Under the pieces are notes generated by a model, which saw nothing but the letters and a program-made list of their open reading frames with translations, made no database searches and had not been told where the DNA came from. 64,000 nt of DNA from an uncultured Bacteroidales bacterium (lineage in GTDB: Bacteria; Bacteroidota; Bacteroidia; Bacteroidales; VadinHA17): NCBI GenBank assembly GCA_963736735.1, contig CAVTPX010000005.1:159932-223931 (forward strand), read 5' to 3'. Shown here one piece after another: positions 11,349 to 21,124 of this stretch (the stretch's first letter is position 1; each line of letters starts with the position of its first letter). The translations under genes and the position numbers were made by a program.

Positions 11349-12046
11349 AGTTATATTCAAAACATCCTAAGCATTATCTGGCAGTTGACTGCATAATTTT
11401 CGGGTATGATCTGGCCGAGAAGGAGCTCAAACTCCTTCTTGTCAAGAGGAGTTTTGATCCTGCACGGGGCAAATGGTCCCTTTCCGGAGGTTTTGTCCAG
11501 GAAAGTGAAGGTCTTGACGATGCGGCCAGCAGGATTCTCTGCAGCCTGACGGGTATTTCAGACCTCTACATGCAGCAGCTTTACTCCTATGGCGAGATAG
11601 AACGTGACCCGGGGGCCAGGGTTATTTCTACTGCTTATTATGCCCTTATCGGCATTCATGAGATTGACAGGGATAACCAGGAAAAGAACGGGGCTCACTG
11701 GAGATCCATCTCCAATCTGCCTGACCTGATCTTCGACCACCGCAGAATGGTAGACAGGGCTCTGTGCGAACTGCTCACACTCGTAAAGGTCCAGCCTATC
11801 GGTTTCGAACTGCTTCCTGAGAAGTTCACCCTTGTCCAGCTCCAGGAGCTATATGAGGCCATCTATCAGAAAAAGGTTGACAAACGAAACTTCCGCAAGA
11901 AGATACTCTCAATGAACCTGCTCGAGAAACAGGATGATAAAGAGAAGGAGACATCAAAAAAGGGCGCATGGTACTACAGGTTTAATGAAGAAAAATACAG
12001 GCAGTTCACGAGGAACGGCTTCTTTTTTAACCTTGATGTAAACTGA
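11342..12046 (+). CDS. araR: Nudix-fold transcriptional regulator (NrtR/AraR-like)
   Basis: 234 aa. A degenerate Nudix box ([29 protein letters not shown]) is followed by a C-terminal winged-helix-like region ([33 protein letters not shown]). The gene is embedded between araA and araD, and its start overlaps the araA stop by 7 nt. This matches the architecture and context of the Nudix-type AraR described in Bacteroides. Confidence 0.8.
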   Translation: MLKLYSKHPKHYLAVDCIIFGYDLAEKELKLLLVKRSFDPARGKWSLSGGFVQESEGLDDAASRILCSLTGISDLYMQQLYSYGEIERDPGARVISTAYYALIGIHEIDRDNQEKNGAHWRSISNLPDLIFDHRRMVDRALCELLTLVKVQPIGFELLPEKFTLVQLQELYEAIYQKKVDKRNFRKKILSMNLLEKQDDKEKETSKKGAWYYRFNEEKYRQFTRNGFFFNLDVN

Positions 12047-12096
12047 AACGCCGGTGCCGCAGAGGCAGCCGGTACTGTGAACAAATACTTACTGAA

Positions 12097-12789
12097 ATGC
12101 TCGAAAAGCTTAAGGAAGATGTGTACAGGGCAAACCTTGAACTGGTAAGCCGCGGCCTGGTAATCATGACCTTCGGCAATGTAAGCGCCATTGACAGGGC
12201 CTCAGGTCTGATGGTTATCAAACCTTCAGGAGTTTCATATGATGAGATGACACCTGCTGACATGGTGGTTTCTGACCTTGACGGCAACGTTGTGGAGGGC
12301 ACACTGAAGCCTTCAACTGATGCCCCGACGCATGCCGCACTTTATAAGGTATTTCAGGGCATCGGAGGTGTTGTACATACCCATTCAGCCTATGCAACGG
12401 CATGGGCTCAGGCCGGGAAGAGCATCCCCTGCCTGGGTACAACTCATGCAGACAGTTTTTACGGGCCTGTTCCGGTGACCAGAAAACTCACTGAAAAGGA
12501 AATAAGTGACAGTTATGAGTATAATACGGGACTTGTGATTGCCGAGGCGCTTGAAGGAGTTGATCCGCTGTTTATGCCTGCTGTTGTTGTGCATTCTCAC
12601 GGCCCTTTCACCTGGGGTGAAACTGCTGCAAAAGCAGTATATAATGCGGTCATCCTTGAAGAGGTGGCGCGGATTGCGGCAATAACCGTTTCAATTTCCC
12701 CGACCGGGAATATTGACCAGGCACTGCTTAACAAGCACTTCCTTCGCAAACACGGCAGTAAAGCATATTACGGACAGAAGAATCATTAA
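12097..12789 (+). CDS. araD: L-ribulose-5-phosphate 4-epimerase
   Basis: 230 aa class II aldolase/adducin fold, with [25 protein letters not shown] and [14 protein letters not shown] typical of AraD. Confidence 0.95.
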   Translation: MLEKLKEDVYRANLELVSRGLVIMTFGNVSAIDRASGLMVIKPSGVSYDEMTPADMVVSDLDGNVVEGTLKPSTDAPTHAALYKVFQGIGGVVHTHSAYATAWAQAGKSIPCLGTTHADSFYGPVPVTRKLTEKEISDSYEYNTGLVIAEALEGVDPLFMPAVVVHSHGPFTWGETAAKAVYNAVILEEVARIAAITVSISPTGNIDQALLNKHFLRKHGSKAYYGQKNH

Positions 12790-12808
12790 TATACACGAGA
12801 TAACAGTT

Positions 12809-14476
12809 ATGAGCAAGTTTTCTATTGGAGTGGATTTCGGAACTCTTTCCGGAAGGGCAGTCATTGTAAACGTCGAAAACGGTGACGAGGTTGCCGTATC
12901 GGTCTTTGAATATCCCCACGGAGTAATGGATGAGAAATTGCCGGGCGGCACTTCGCTTGGGGTAGACTGGGCTCTTCAGCATCCACAGGATTATCTCGAT
13001 GTATTCAGGGAGACAATCCCTGCAGTTATGAAAAAGGCAGGAGTAAAAGCTGAAGATGTTATCGGTGTAGGAACTGACTTCACCGCCTGCACAATGCTTC
13101 CGGTGACTGCCGATGGAACCCCGCTTTGTTTTATTGATAAGTATAAGGCCAATCCTCACGCCTGGATAAAGCTCTGGAAGCACCATGCCGCACAGGATGC
13201 CGCAAACAGACTTAACTCAGTTGCCGAAGAACGCGGTGAGACCTTCCTGAAACGCTACGGCGGCAAGATATCGTCTGAGTGGCTGATCCCGAAAATAATG
13301 CAGATAGCAGACGAAGCGCCAGAGATTTATGATGCTGCGGACCGTTTCATTGAGGCAGCCGACTGGGTAATCTGGCAGCTTACCGGAAATGAGATGCGAA
13401 ACACCTGCACAGGAGGTTACAAAGCCATCTGGCATAAGCACGATGGTTATCCTTCAAACGATTTTTTCAAGGCACTGAATCCTAAAATGGAAAAACTCGC
13501 TGATGAGAAACTGTCACGTACACTCTACCCGGTTGGCACCAGGGCAGGGGGCATAACTCCGGAGGCGGCAAAACTGACAGGACTATTGGTGGGAACAGCA
13601 GTTGCAGTCGGCAATGTTGACGCACATGTCTCGGTACCGGCTGTTGGTATTACTTCAGCCGGAAAGATGCTTGCAATAATGGGAACATCAACCTGCCATA
13701 TGCTGCTCGGTGAGAAGGAAAAGACAGTTCCCGGCATGTGCGGGGTGGTTGAAGACGGCATAATTGAAGGCTTCTTCGGCTATGAGGCAGGCCAGAGCTG
13801 CGTTGGTGACCATTTCCAGTGGTTCGTTGAAAACTGCACACCTGCAGACTACAAAGCAGAGGCCGACAAGCGCGGTATCGACCTGCATGCACTGCTGACA
13901 GAAAAAGCCTCGGCTTTGAATCCCGGTGAAAGCGGACTTGTAGCCCTCGACTGGTGGAACGGCAACAGGTCAGTACTGGTGGATGTGGACCTTACAGGAA
14001 TGATCGTTGGTATGACCCTGGCAACAAAGCCGGAGGAGATTTACCGTGCACTCATCGAGGCTACGGCTTACGGCACAAAAATGATCATAGACACCTTCGA
14101 AGAGAACGGTGTTCCTGTCGATGAATACTACGCTGCAGGCGGGATAGCCGAGAAGAATCCTTTTGTGATGCAGATTTATGCAGATGTGACCGGCAAGGAG
14201 ATGAAGATATCGGGAAGTCCGCAGGCCCCTGCACTTGGCTCTGCAATGTTCGGAGCGCTGGCAGCCGGGAAAACAGCCGGAGGCTATGACAAAATAGAGA
14301 ATGCCGCTGCTGCAATGGCGAAGGTCAAACCCTTCTCCTACAAACCTGTACCTGCCAATGTGGAGGTTTACAAAAAGCTGTATGCAGAATATAAGATACT
14401 TCATGACTATTTCGGCCGTGGCGCCAATGATGTCATGAAGAGGCTCAAGGATATCAAAAAGGCAACGAGAGGATGA
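12809..14476 (+). CDS. araB: Ribulokinase (FGGY family)
   Basis: The ORF track begins at 12713, inside araD. The in-frame ATG at 12809 gives [20 protein letters not shown], the canonical FGGY/AraB N-terminus. The product of ~555 aa ends 1 nt into the next gene (ATGA overlap at 14473-14476). Confidence 0.9.
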   Translation: MSKFSIGVDFGTLSGRAVIVNVENGDEVAVSVFEYPHGVMDEKLPGGTSLGVDWALQHPQDYLDVFRETIPAVMKKAGVKAEDVIGVGTDFTACTMLPVTADGTPLCFIDKYKANPHAWIKLWKHHAAQDAANRLNSVAEERGETFLKRYGGKISSEWLIPKIMQIADEAPEIYDAADRFIEAADWVIWQLTGNEMRNTCTGGYKAIWHKHDGYPSNDFFKALNPKMEKLADEKLSRTLYPVGTRAGGITPEAAKLTGLLVGTAVAVGNVDAHVSVPAVGITSAGKMLAIMGTSTCHMLLGEKEKTVPGMCGVVEDGIIEGFFGYEAGQSCVGDHFQWFVENCTPADYKAEADKRGIDLHALLTEKASALNPGESGLVALDWWNGNRSVLVDVDLTGMIVGMTLATKPEEIYRALIEATAYGTKMIIDTFEENGVPVDEYYAAGGIAEKNPFVMQIYADVTGKEMKISGSPQAPALGSAMFGALAAGKTAGGYDKIENAAAAMAKVKPFSYKPVPANVEVYKKLYAEYKILHDYFGRGANDVMKRLKDIKKATRG

Positions 14477-16449
14477 GTAACCTGTTCCTAAAGCTTTCTG
14501 TTGTTCTTGTTTGTCTTTCCGGGTGTTCGGGAAAGCAGATCAGCACGACGACAACACAGGGCACTGAAGGTTATCCTATCACCCCGGTGCCTTTCACCGA
14601 GGTTAAAGTTACCGATGGTTTCTGGGCTCCGCGAATCGAGACTAACCGTTCGGTTACAATTCCCTTTGCAATGAACAAAAACGAAGAGACCGGCAGGGTT
14701 GATAATTTCCGTAAGGCGGCAGGGCTGATAAGCGGAAGATATGTAGGCCGCAGGTTCAATGATACTGACATTTATAAGGTTCTTGAGGGAGTAGCCTTCA
14801 CCCTGAGTGTAAGTCCTGACCCTGAACTTGAAGCCTCTGCTGATTCGCTCATTGCTCTCATTGCCCTTGCCCAGGAAGATGATGGTTACCTCTATGCTGC
14901 CCGCACGGCTAACCCTGACACCCCTGCTGCCGGAGCAGGCCGGGAAAGGTGGGTCAACCTTCAGGGGAGTCATGAACTATATAATTCAGGTCATCTCTTT
15001 GAGGCAGCAGTAGCATATTTTGAGGCAACGGGTAAAAGTCATTTTCTTGATATAGCAGTTAAAAATGCTGATTTACTGGTGCGTACCTTCGGACCTGAAA
15101 AACGCCGTGATGCACCAGGTCATCAGGTGGTTGAAATAGGCCTGGCAAAGATGTACCTGGCAACAGGTAAAAAAGAATATCTGGAACTGGCTCGATTCTT
15201 TCTTGATGAAAGGGGGAGTCAACATGCAAGTGAACCTTATCCGGAGGGTCCGTTTGCAATGTATAACGGACTTGAATACAAACAGGATCACCTTCCTGTA
15301 AGACAACAGACAGAAGCTGTCGGACACGCTGTAAGGGCAACATATATGTATGCCGGCATGGCTGATGTTGCCAGCCTGCTTGATGACAATGAATATGATA
15401 AAGCAATTGGTACAATCTGGGAAAACGTTGTTGGCAAAAAGATGTATCTCACCGGGGGCGTGGGAGCCCGTAGTGGTACTGAGGCATTTGGGGATAACTA
15501 TGAACTGCCTAATGAGAGCGCTTATTGCGAAACCTGTGCGGCAATAGGGAATGCTTACTGGAATCACCGGATGTTTCTCAGCCATGGAGACGGAAAATAT
15601 ATTGATGTCCTTGAAAGGGTCATGTATAATGGGCTTGTTTCAGGCGTCAGCCTGAGCGGAGATAGGTTTTTCTATCAGAATCCGCTCGCATCATTTGGAA
15701 ACTATAGTCGCAGCGAGTGGTTCGATGTCTCATGCTGCCCCGGTAATATTGTCAGATTCATTCCTTCTGTACCCGGATACATATATGCCAAAAGAGATAA
15801 TGAGCTATTTGTCAATCTTTTTGTTGATAGCCAGACAGAGACTGAGCTGACAAATGGCAGCGTAAGAGTCACGCAGAAAACTAAGTACCCTTATGACGGT
15901 CTGGTAAACATTGTGGTAGAACCTGCCTTCAGTGACAATATGACCCTGAGCCTCCGGCTTCCCGGTTGGGCTACAGGTAATGCTGTCCCTTCAGACCTCT
16001 ATAGTTTTAACAGTGATGTTACAGGTACAATCTCACTCACTGTCAATGGCAGGAAGCAGGCGATAGAACCGGAGAATGGTTATATAAGGATTGACCGTCG
16101 CTGGAAAATGGGCGACGAAATAGTACTTGAACTACCGATGCCCGTACTTGAGGTAACCTCAAATCCGGGTGTTGTTGAAAATGAGGGCCTTGTAGCCTTG
16201 CAGCGAGGTCCGCTTGTGTATTGTCTTGAAAGTATTGACAATACTGCACCACTTGGAGATATTGAATTGGGCGATGCCTCTGACTTCAGAACCCGCTTTG
16301 ATCCTGCACTGCTTAACGGAACTGTTATTATTGAAGGAGAGTGTCGTGACTCTGCAGGTACCGTTACAAGTGTTGCAGCAATCCCATATTGCCTCTGGGC
16401 AAACAGGGGCGAGAGCCAGATGGCAGTCTGGGTAAAAAGTTCAAAATAA
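14473..16449 (+). CDS. GH127 (DUF1680) beta-L-arabinofuranosidase-like lipoprotein, copy 1
   Basis: 658 aa with a lipoprotein signal (LSGCSG). Motifs [30 protein letters not shown] (Glu-x-Cys) and VSCCPGNI (Cys-Cys) match the Zn-ligand/nucleophile pattern known from GH127 HypBA1. Confidence 0.9.
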   Translation: MSNLFLKLSVVLVCLSGCSGKQISTTTTQGTEGYPITPVPFTEVKVTDGFWAPRIETNRSVTIPFAMNKNEETGRVDNFRKAAGLISGRYVGRRFNDTDIYKVLEGVAFTLSVSPDPELEASADSLIALIALAQEDDGYLYAARTANPDTPAAGAGRERWVNLQGSHELYNSGHLFEAAVAYFEATGKSHFLDIAVKNADLLVRTFGPEKRRDAPGHQVVEIGLAKMYLATGKKEYLELARFFLDERGSQHASEPYPEGPFAMYNGLEYKQDHLPVRQQTEAVGHAVRATYMYAGMADVASLLDDNEYDKAIGTIWENVVGKKMYLTGGVGARSGTEAFGDNYELPNESAYCETCAAIGNAYWNHRMFLSHGDGKYIDVLERVMYNGLVSGVSLSGDRFFYQNPLASFGNYSRSEWFDVSCCPGNIVRFIPSVPGYIYAKRDNELFVNLFVDSQTETELTNGSVRVTQKTKYPYDGLVNIVVEPAFSDNMTLSLRLPGWATGNAVPSDLYSFNSDVTGTISLTVNGRKQAIEPENGYIRIDRRWKMGDEIVLELPMPVLEVTSNPGVVENEGLVALQRGPLVYCLESIDNTAPLGDIELGDASDFRTRFDPALLNGTVIIEGECRDSAGTVTSVAAIPYCLWANRGESQMAVWVKSSK

Positions 16450-16456
16450 TAGTTTT

Positions 16457-18421
16457 ATGAAAAATAGAACTCTATGGATTATCATGTTTACGGTACTGTT
16501 TTCAGCATGCGCCAGGAATCATGAACAAAAGCCGGTAAATAATGCATGGTTGTTAACGCCTGAACTGACTTCGGTGAGTGTGAATGATAATTTCTGGACA
16601 CCCCTTATAGAACGCAACCGGACAGCCACAATACCTTATACTTTCGGTAAATGTGAAGAGACCGGACGCATTGACAACTTCGCGATAGCCGGAGGACTCA
16701 TGAAGGGCAAACACACAGGGGAACGGTACAATGACTCGGATGTATTCAAAATTATAGAGGGTGCCTGTTATTCACTCATTGAAACACCCGATCCTAAGCT
16801 GCGCAGCTATGTGGACAGCCTTGTTACATTGATTGCAGCAGCACAGGAAGATGACGGTTACCTTTATACAACCCGCACTATTGATTCGGTAAACATGGCT
16901 CCCGGTGCGGGCAGGGAAAGATGGATCGATGAACGTGTCAGCCATGAACTCTACAATGTGGGACATATGTATGAGGCTGCTGTTGCTCATTACCAGGCGA
17001 CCGGGTCGAATGTCTTCCTGGATGTAGCGCTTAAGAATGCTGAACTGGTTGCGAAGGAGTTTGGCTGGGGTCTGAGGGAGATTGCTCCAGGGCACCAGGA
17101 AATCGAGATAGGACTTATAAAACTCTATGATCTGACCGGCGATAAGCAGTGGCTGGAGCTGGCACAGTTCTTTATTGATGTACGCGGCAGGAAGGGAGAA
17201 TATGTAAGGCATCCTGAGAAGTCGCGGTTTGAAGTCTATAATGACTCCATTTATCTTCAGATGCATAAGCCCGTTCTTGAACAAACGGAAGCAGTTGGCC
17301 ATGCAGTCAGGGGTGCCTACATGTACACGGCAATGGCTGATCTTTCACGGGCAACAGGTGAAGACAAATACCTTGAAGCATCTCAGCGGATTTGGGATGA
17401 TGTAACAGCAGGCAAGATATACGTTACCGGAGGAATTGGATCAAAGGAATTTGGTGAGGCCTTCGGGGAAGCTTATGAGCTGAACAACATGGATGCATAT
17501 ACAGAAACCTGTGCATCAGTGGCAAATGTATTCTGGAATCACAGGCTCTATACTGCAACAGGAGATGCAAAGTACCTTGATGTTCTTGAAAGGACTCTCT
17601 ATAACGGACTAATCTCCGGAATCGGGACTGACGGATGCAGTTTTTATTATACTAATCCCCTGGAGTCGGATGGCCGTTTTGAACGCGCCGGTTGGTTCGA
17701 CTGTTCCTGCTGTCCCGGCAATGTAGCACGCTTAATGCCTGCAATGAAACAGTATATATGGTCTGTTTCCGATCAGGGTGTGAATGTTAACCTCTTCATC
17801 GGATCTGTTGCAAAACTGAAGACAGGTGCAGGCGATGTTGAACTGAAACAGACTACCGGGCTTCCCTGGAAGGGTGATGTGACAATAAATGTCGATCCTG
17901 CAGTTAACAATACCGCGTTCCGTCTGAGTTTACGTATTCCGGCATGGACAGGTGATGTCCCGATGGCAGGAGGACTTTACAGGTATATTACACCGGCAAA
18001 GGAAAAACCAGTGCTGAAAGTCAACGGGAAAAAGATCGCAATTAATGTACAGAAGGGCTTTGCAGTCATTGACAGATCGTGGAAAAGGGGAGATGTTGTC
18101 ACCCTGTCGCTCCCGATGGAACCCCGTTTTATAATTGCCAGGGATGAGGTAAAAGCTGACAGCGGACGGGTTACAATTGGTGCAGGCCCCCTTGTTTACT
18201 GTATCGAGGAAGTTGATAACGGTAAGATAAGCGATCTGCAAGTGGATCCGGCAACAGTTGTTGTAAGCGGTTTCGACGAGGCAATATTGGGCGGCATCGG
18301 CAAACTAACTTTTGTAGCTGAGAAAGCTGACGGCTCTCAGAAGGAGGTGAAGGCAGTGCCTTACTATTCCTGGGCCAACAGGGGCAAGGGAGAGATGCAG
18401 GTTTGGATGAAAATAAAATAA
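16457..18421 (+). CDS. GH127 beta-L-arabinofuranosidase-like lipoprotein, copy 2
   Basis: 654 aa paralogue of copy 1, with HELYNVGHMYEAAVAHYQATG, YTETCASVA and CSCCPGNV. It starts 7 nt after copy 1. Confidence 0.9.
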   Translation: MKNRTLWIIMFTVLFSACARNHEQKPVNNAWLLTPELTSVSVNDNFWTPLIERNRTATIPYTFGKCEETGRIDNFAIAGGLMKGKHTGERYNDSDVFKIIEGACYSLIETPDPKLRSYVDSLVTLIAAAQEDDGYLYTTRTIDSVNMAPGAGRERWIDERVSHELYNVGHMYEAAVAHYQATGSNVFLDVALKNAELVAKEFGWGLREIAPGHQEIEIGLIKLYDLTGDKQWLELAQFFIDVRGRKGEYVRHPEKSRFEVYNDSIYLQMHKPVLEQTEAVGHAVRGAYMYTAMADLSRATGEDKYLEASQRIWDDVTAGKIYVTGGIGSKEFGEAFGEAYELNNMDAYTETCASVANVFWNHRLYTATGDAKYLDVLERTLYNGLISGIGTDGCSFYYTNPLESDGRFERAGWFDCSCCPGNVARLMPAMKQYIWSVSDQGVNVNLFIGSVAKLKTGAGDVELKQTTGLPWKGDVTINVDPAVNNTAFRLSLRIPAWTGDVPMAGGLYRYITPAKEKPVLKVNGKKIAINVQKGFAVIDRSWKRGDVVTLSLPMEPRFIIARDEVKADSGRVTIGAGPLVYCIEEVDNGKISDLQVDPATVVVSGFDEAILGGIGKLTFVAEKADGSQKEVKAVPYYSWANRGKGEMQVWMKIK

Positions 18422-18431
18422 TAAACTGATA

Positions 18432-20849
18432 ATGAAGACATTAAATGTAATTCTGACAGGTGCCGCGGCGATAATGATCGTGGCTGCTTCCTGTTCCAAA
18501 GAAAACAAGGATGAGAACTATCCGATCAGACCAGTGCCTTTCACATCAGTGAAGATGACTGATAAATTCTGGGCACCCCGCATTCAGAAAAACCACGAAG
18601 TCACAATACCGATCGCCTTCGGGTTCTGTGAATCAACAGGCAGGGTTAAGAACTTCGAAATTGCAGGCGGACTCGATACAGGAGCCTTTCAGACAATATA
18701 TCCGTTTGACGATTCCGACGTTACAAAAATAATCGAGGGAGCAAGCTATTCACTTCAGACTTTTCCTGACCCGGAACTCGAAGCTTATCTCGATACACTA
18801 ATATATAAGATAGGACTCGCACAGGAAGATGACGGTTACTTATATACAAACCGCACAATCGCAGAAATGGGGTACGGCAAGCTTCACGACTGGGTTGGTG
18901 AAAAGAGATGGGAGACTGATAATATTCTTAGTCATGAGCTTTACAACCTCGGTCATATGTATGAGGCGGGCGTTGCTTATTACCAGGCTACTGGCAAGAG
19001 ATCACTTCTCGATATCTGCATAAAATCGGCAGACCTTGTTGATCACGATCTGGGCTGGGATGCCTTTGTGACCTATCCCGGACACCAGGTCATTGAAATG
19101 GGTCTTGTCAAACTTTACAGAGTTACAGGTGAAAAGAGATATCTGGACCTTGCAAAATTCTTCCTTGATGCACGAGGAACACGGGATGACGGGGAAGAGT
19201 ATTCGCAGTCACATAAGAAGGTTGTTGATCAGACTGAGGCCGTAGGTCATTCGGTAAGAGCTACATATATGTATTCAGGGATGGCTGACGTTGCAGCAAT
19301 CATGAAGGATGAGGCTTATCTGAATTCAATAACGAAAATATGGGAAGACCTGGTTTACAAGAAGATGTACATTACCGGCGGTATTGGAGCCAGTGGCGGG
19401 AACGAAGGCTTTGCCGAACCCTACAGCCTGCCCAATATGTCAGCTTACTGCGAGACCTGCGCCTCAATAGGTGATATATTTTTCAATCACCGGCTTTTCT
19501 CACTGCACGGTGAGGGCAAGTATTTTGATGTGCTCGAGAAGACACTCTATAACGGAGCACTGTCAGGGGTCAACCTTGCCGGCGACAGGTTCTTTTACCC
19601 CAATCCACTTGAATCAAACGGTCAGCATGAGCGGTCAGCCTGGTTCGGCTGTGCCTGCTGTCCTTCGAATGTTGCACGTTTTATTCCGGCTATTCCCGGG
19701 TACATTTACAGCGTAACCGATAAGGATTTGTATGTAAACTTATTCGCTTCAAATAATGCTGATATAGCCGTTGGGAGGAATAAGGTGGGAGTGACCCAGG
19801 AAACAAATTATCCGTGGGAAGGTGAAGTAAAAATTACTTTAAACCCGGAGAAATCAGGTAAGTTTAAGCTGCATATCCGTATTCCGGGCTGGGCCCGCAA
19901 TGAAGCCATACCTGGCGGGCTATACACTTTTGCAGACCAGAATGAAGAAGAATACTCGTTAAAAGTAAACGGTGAAGAGTTTGCTGCAGAGTTAACAGAC
20001 GGTTATGCAGTCATCTCCCGTAACTGGAAGCCGGGTGATATTGTGGAACTGTCATTGCCAATGCCGGTTCGGCCCGTATCAGCTGATACAAAGGTTAAAG
20101 AAGATGTTGACAAATATGCAATTCAGCGCGGACCACTGATGTTCTGTGCGGAATGGCCTGACAATCCCGAGGGACAGGTTCTCAACCTTGTAATTGATGA
20201 GAAACCGGAATTCAAAACAGAGTTCAGGGGAAATCTTCTCAACGGTACTGAGGTTATAAGCACAAAGGCACGGCAGTCTGTCAGGGGTCTTGACGGCTCG
20301 GTATCACTCGGAGAATATGAGGATGTGACACTGATACCTTACTTTTTGTGGAATAACAGGGGCGGGGGTGAAATGAGAGTTTGGTTCCCCTACAGGGAGA
20401 CGAGTGCCAGGCCTTCGCCGGCACCAACTATTGCATATACAAGTAAGATTACCGGCAGCATTCAGAACAGGTCACTGCTCTCAGTGGCAGACCAGTTTGA
20501 GCCTGCAAACTCCAATGACCACACCTGGCCCTACTACCACTGGTGGCCCAACAGGGACAAATGGGAATGGGTACAGCTTGACTTTAAAGAGAGGCAGACC
20601 ATTTCAAAGGTCAGAGTTTACTGGTTTGATGATGGTCCGTTCGGCGGGTGCAGGATTCCTGATGAATTTGAGGTACTATACAGTGCCGGTGGAGCTCTTA
20701 AGAAAGTTGAAACAATTTCGCCGCTTACGGTGGTCAAAGATGCCTGGAATATCGTCGAATTCACTCCGGTTTCTGCAACCGGAGTGCAACTAAGGGTGAA
20801 ACTAAACAAGGATTTTGCTTCCGGAATTCACGAAATAGTGGTCGAGTGA
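18432..20849 (+). CDS. GH127 beta-L-arabinofuranosidase-like protein, copy 3, with a C-terminal discoidin-like module
   Basis: 805 aa. The GH127 core has HELYNLGHMYEAGVAYYQATG, YCETCASIG and CACCPSNV. An extra ~147-aa C-terminal domain (nt ~20406-20846) reads WEWVQLDFKERQTISKVRVYWFDDGPFGGCRIPDEFEVLY...GVQLRVKL...GIHEIVVE. Confidence 0.9.
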   Translation: MKTLNVILTGAAAIMIVAASCSKENKDENYPIRPVPFTSVKMTDKFWAPRIQKNHEVTIPIAFGFCESTGRVKNFEIAGGLDTGAFQTIYPFDDSDVTKIIEGASYSLQTFPDPELEAYLDTLIYKIGLAQEDDGYLYTNRTIAEMGYGKLHDWVGEKRWETDNILSHELYNLGHMYEAGVAYYQATGKRSLLDICIKSADLVDHDLGWDAFVTYPGHQVIEMGLVKLYRVTGEKRYLDLAKFFLDARGTRDDGEEYSQSHKKVVDQTEAVGHSVRATYMYSGMADVAAIMKDEAYLNSITKIWEDLVYKKMYITGGIGASGGNEGFAEPYSLPNMSAYCETCASIGDIFFNHRLFSLHGEGKYFDVLEKTLYNGALSGVNLAGDRFFYPNPLESNGQHERSAWFGCACCPSNVARFIPAIPGYIYSVTDKDLYVNLFASNNADIAVGRNKVGVTQETNYPWEGEVKITLNPEKSGKFKLHIRIPGWARNEAIPGGLYTFADQNEEEYSLKVNGEEFAAELTDGYAVISRNWKPGDIVELSLPMPVRPVSADTKVKEDVDKYAIQRGPLMFCAEWPDNPEGQVLNLVIDEKPEFKTEFRGNLLNGTEVISTKARQSVRGLDGSVSLGEYEDVTLIPYFLWNNRGGGEMRVWFPYRETSARPSPAPTIAYTSKITGSIQNRSLLSVADQFEPANSNDHTWPYYHWWPNRDKWEWVQLDFKERQTISKVRVYWFDDGPFGGCRIPDEFEVLYSAGGALKKVETISPLTVVKDAWNIVEFTPVSATGVQLRVKLNKDFASGIHEIVVE

Positions 20850-20942
20850 GAAGGCTTCATCCCCTTATTTCAAACGTGTGCAAAAAAATGTTGAAAAACA
20901 CTATTGCTGTTAAGAAAATATCATAACTTGCATTTGAAAGGA

Positions 20943-20963
20943 AAAGTGTAAAAATTACATTAA
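20943..20963. promoter_or_regulatory. Candidate operator site B upstream of SusC-like 1
   Basis: The sequence is gaAAAGTGTaaaaattACATTAa, with the same GTGT-N7-ACAT spacing as site A. Confidence 0.45.
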
Positions 20964-21007
20964 TTAGGGTAGGGATAGGGTATTGTGTGTCTAATTATGT
21001 AATTAAT

Positions 21008-21028
21008 AAAGTGTACAAAAAACACGTA
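21008..21028. promoter_or_regulatory. Candidate operator site C upstream of SusC-like 1
   Basis: The sequence is aataAAGTGTacaaaaaACACGTA. It lies ~100 nt upstream of the ATG at 21125. Confidence 0.45.
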
Positions 21029-21124
21029 ATAATTATACAAAACTTATTATAAACAGTGAAAAGCATGGAACAATGAACCCTAATTTTCAGGATAACCCAA
21101 ACAATCAAAATAAACTCCAGTAAC

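Noticed and set aside
12713-12808. 5' extension of the araB ORF overlapping the end of araD
   Set aside because: The extension has no kinase similarity and overlaps araD coding sequence. The ATG at 12809 yields the canonical FGGY N-terminus [12 protein letters not shown].
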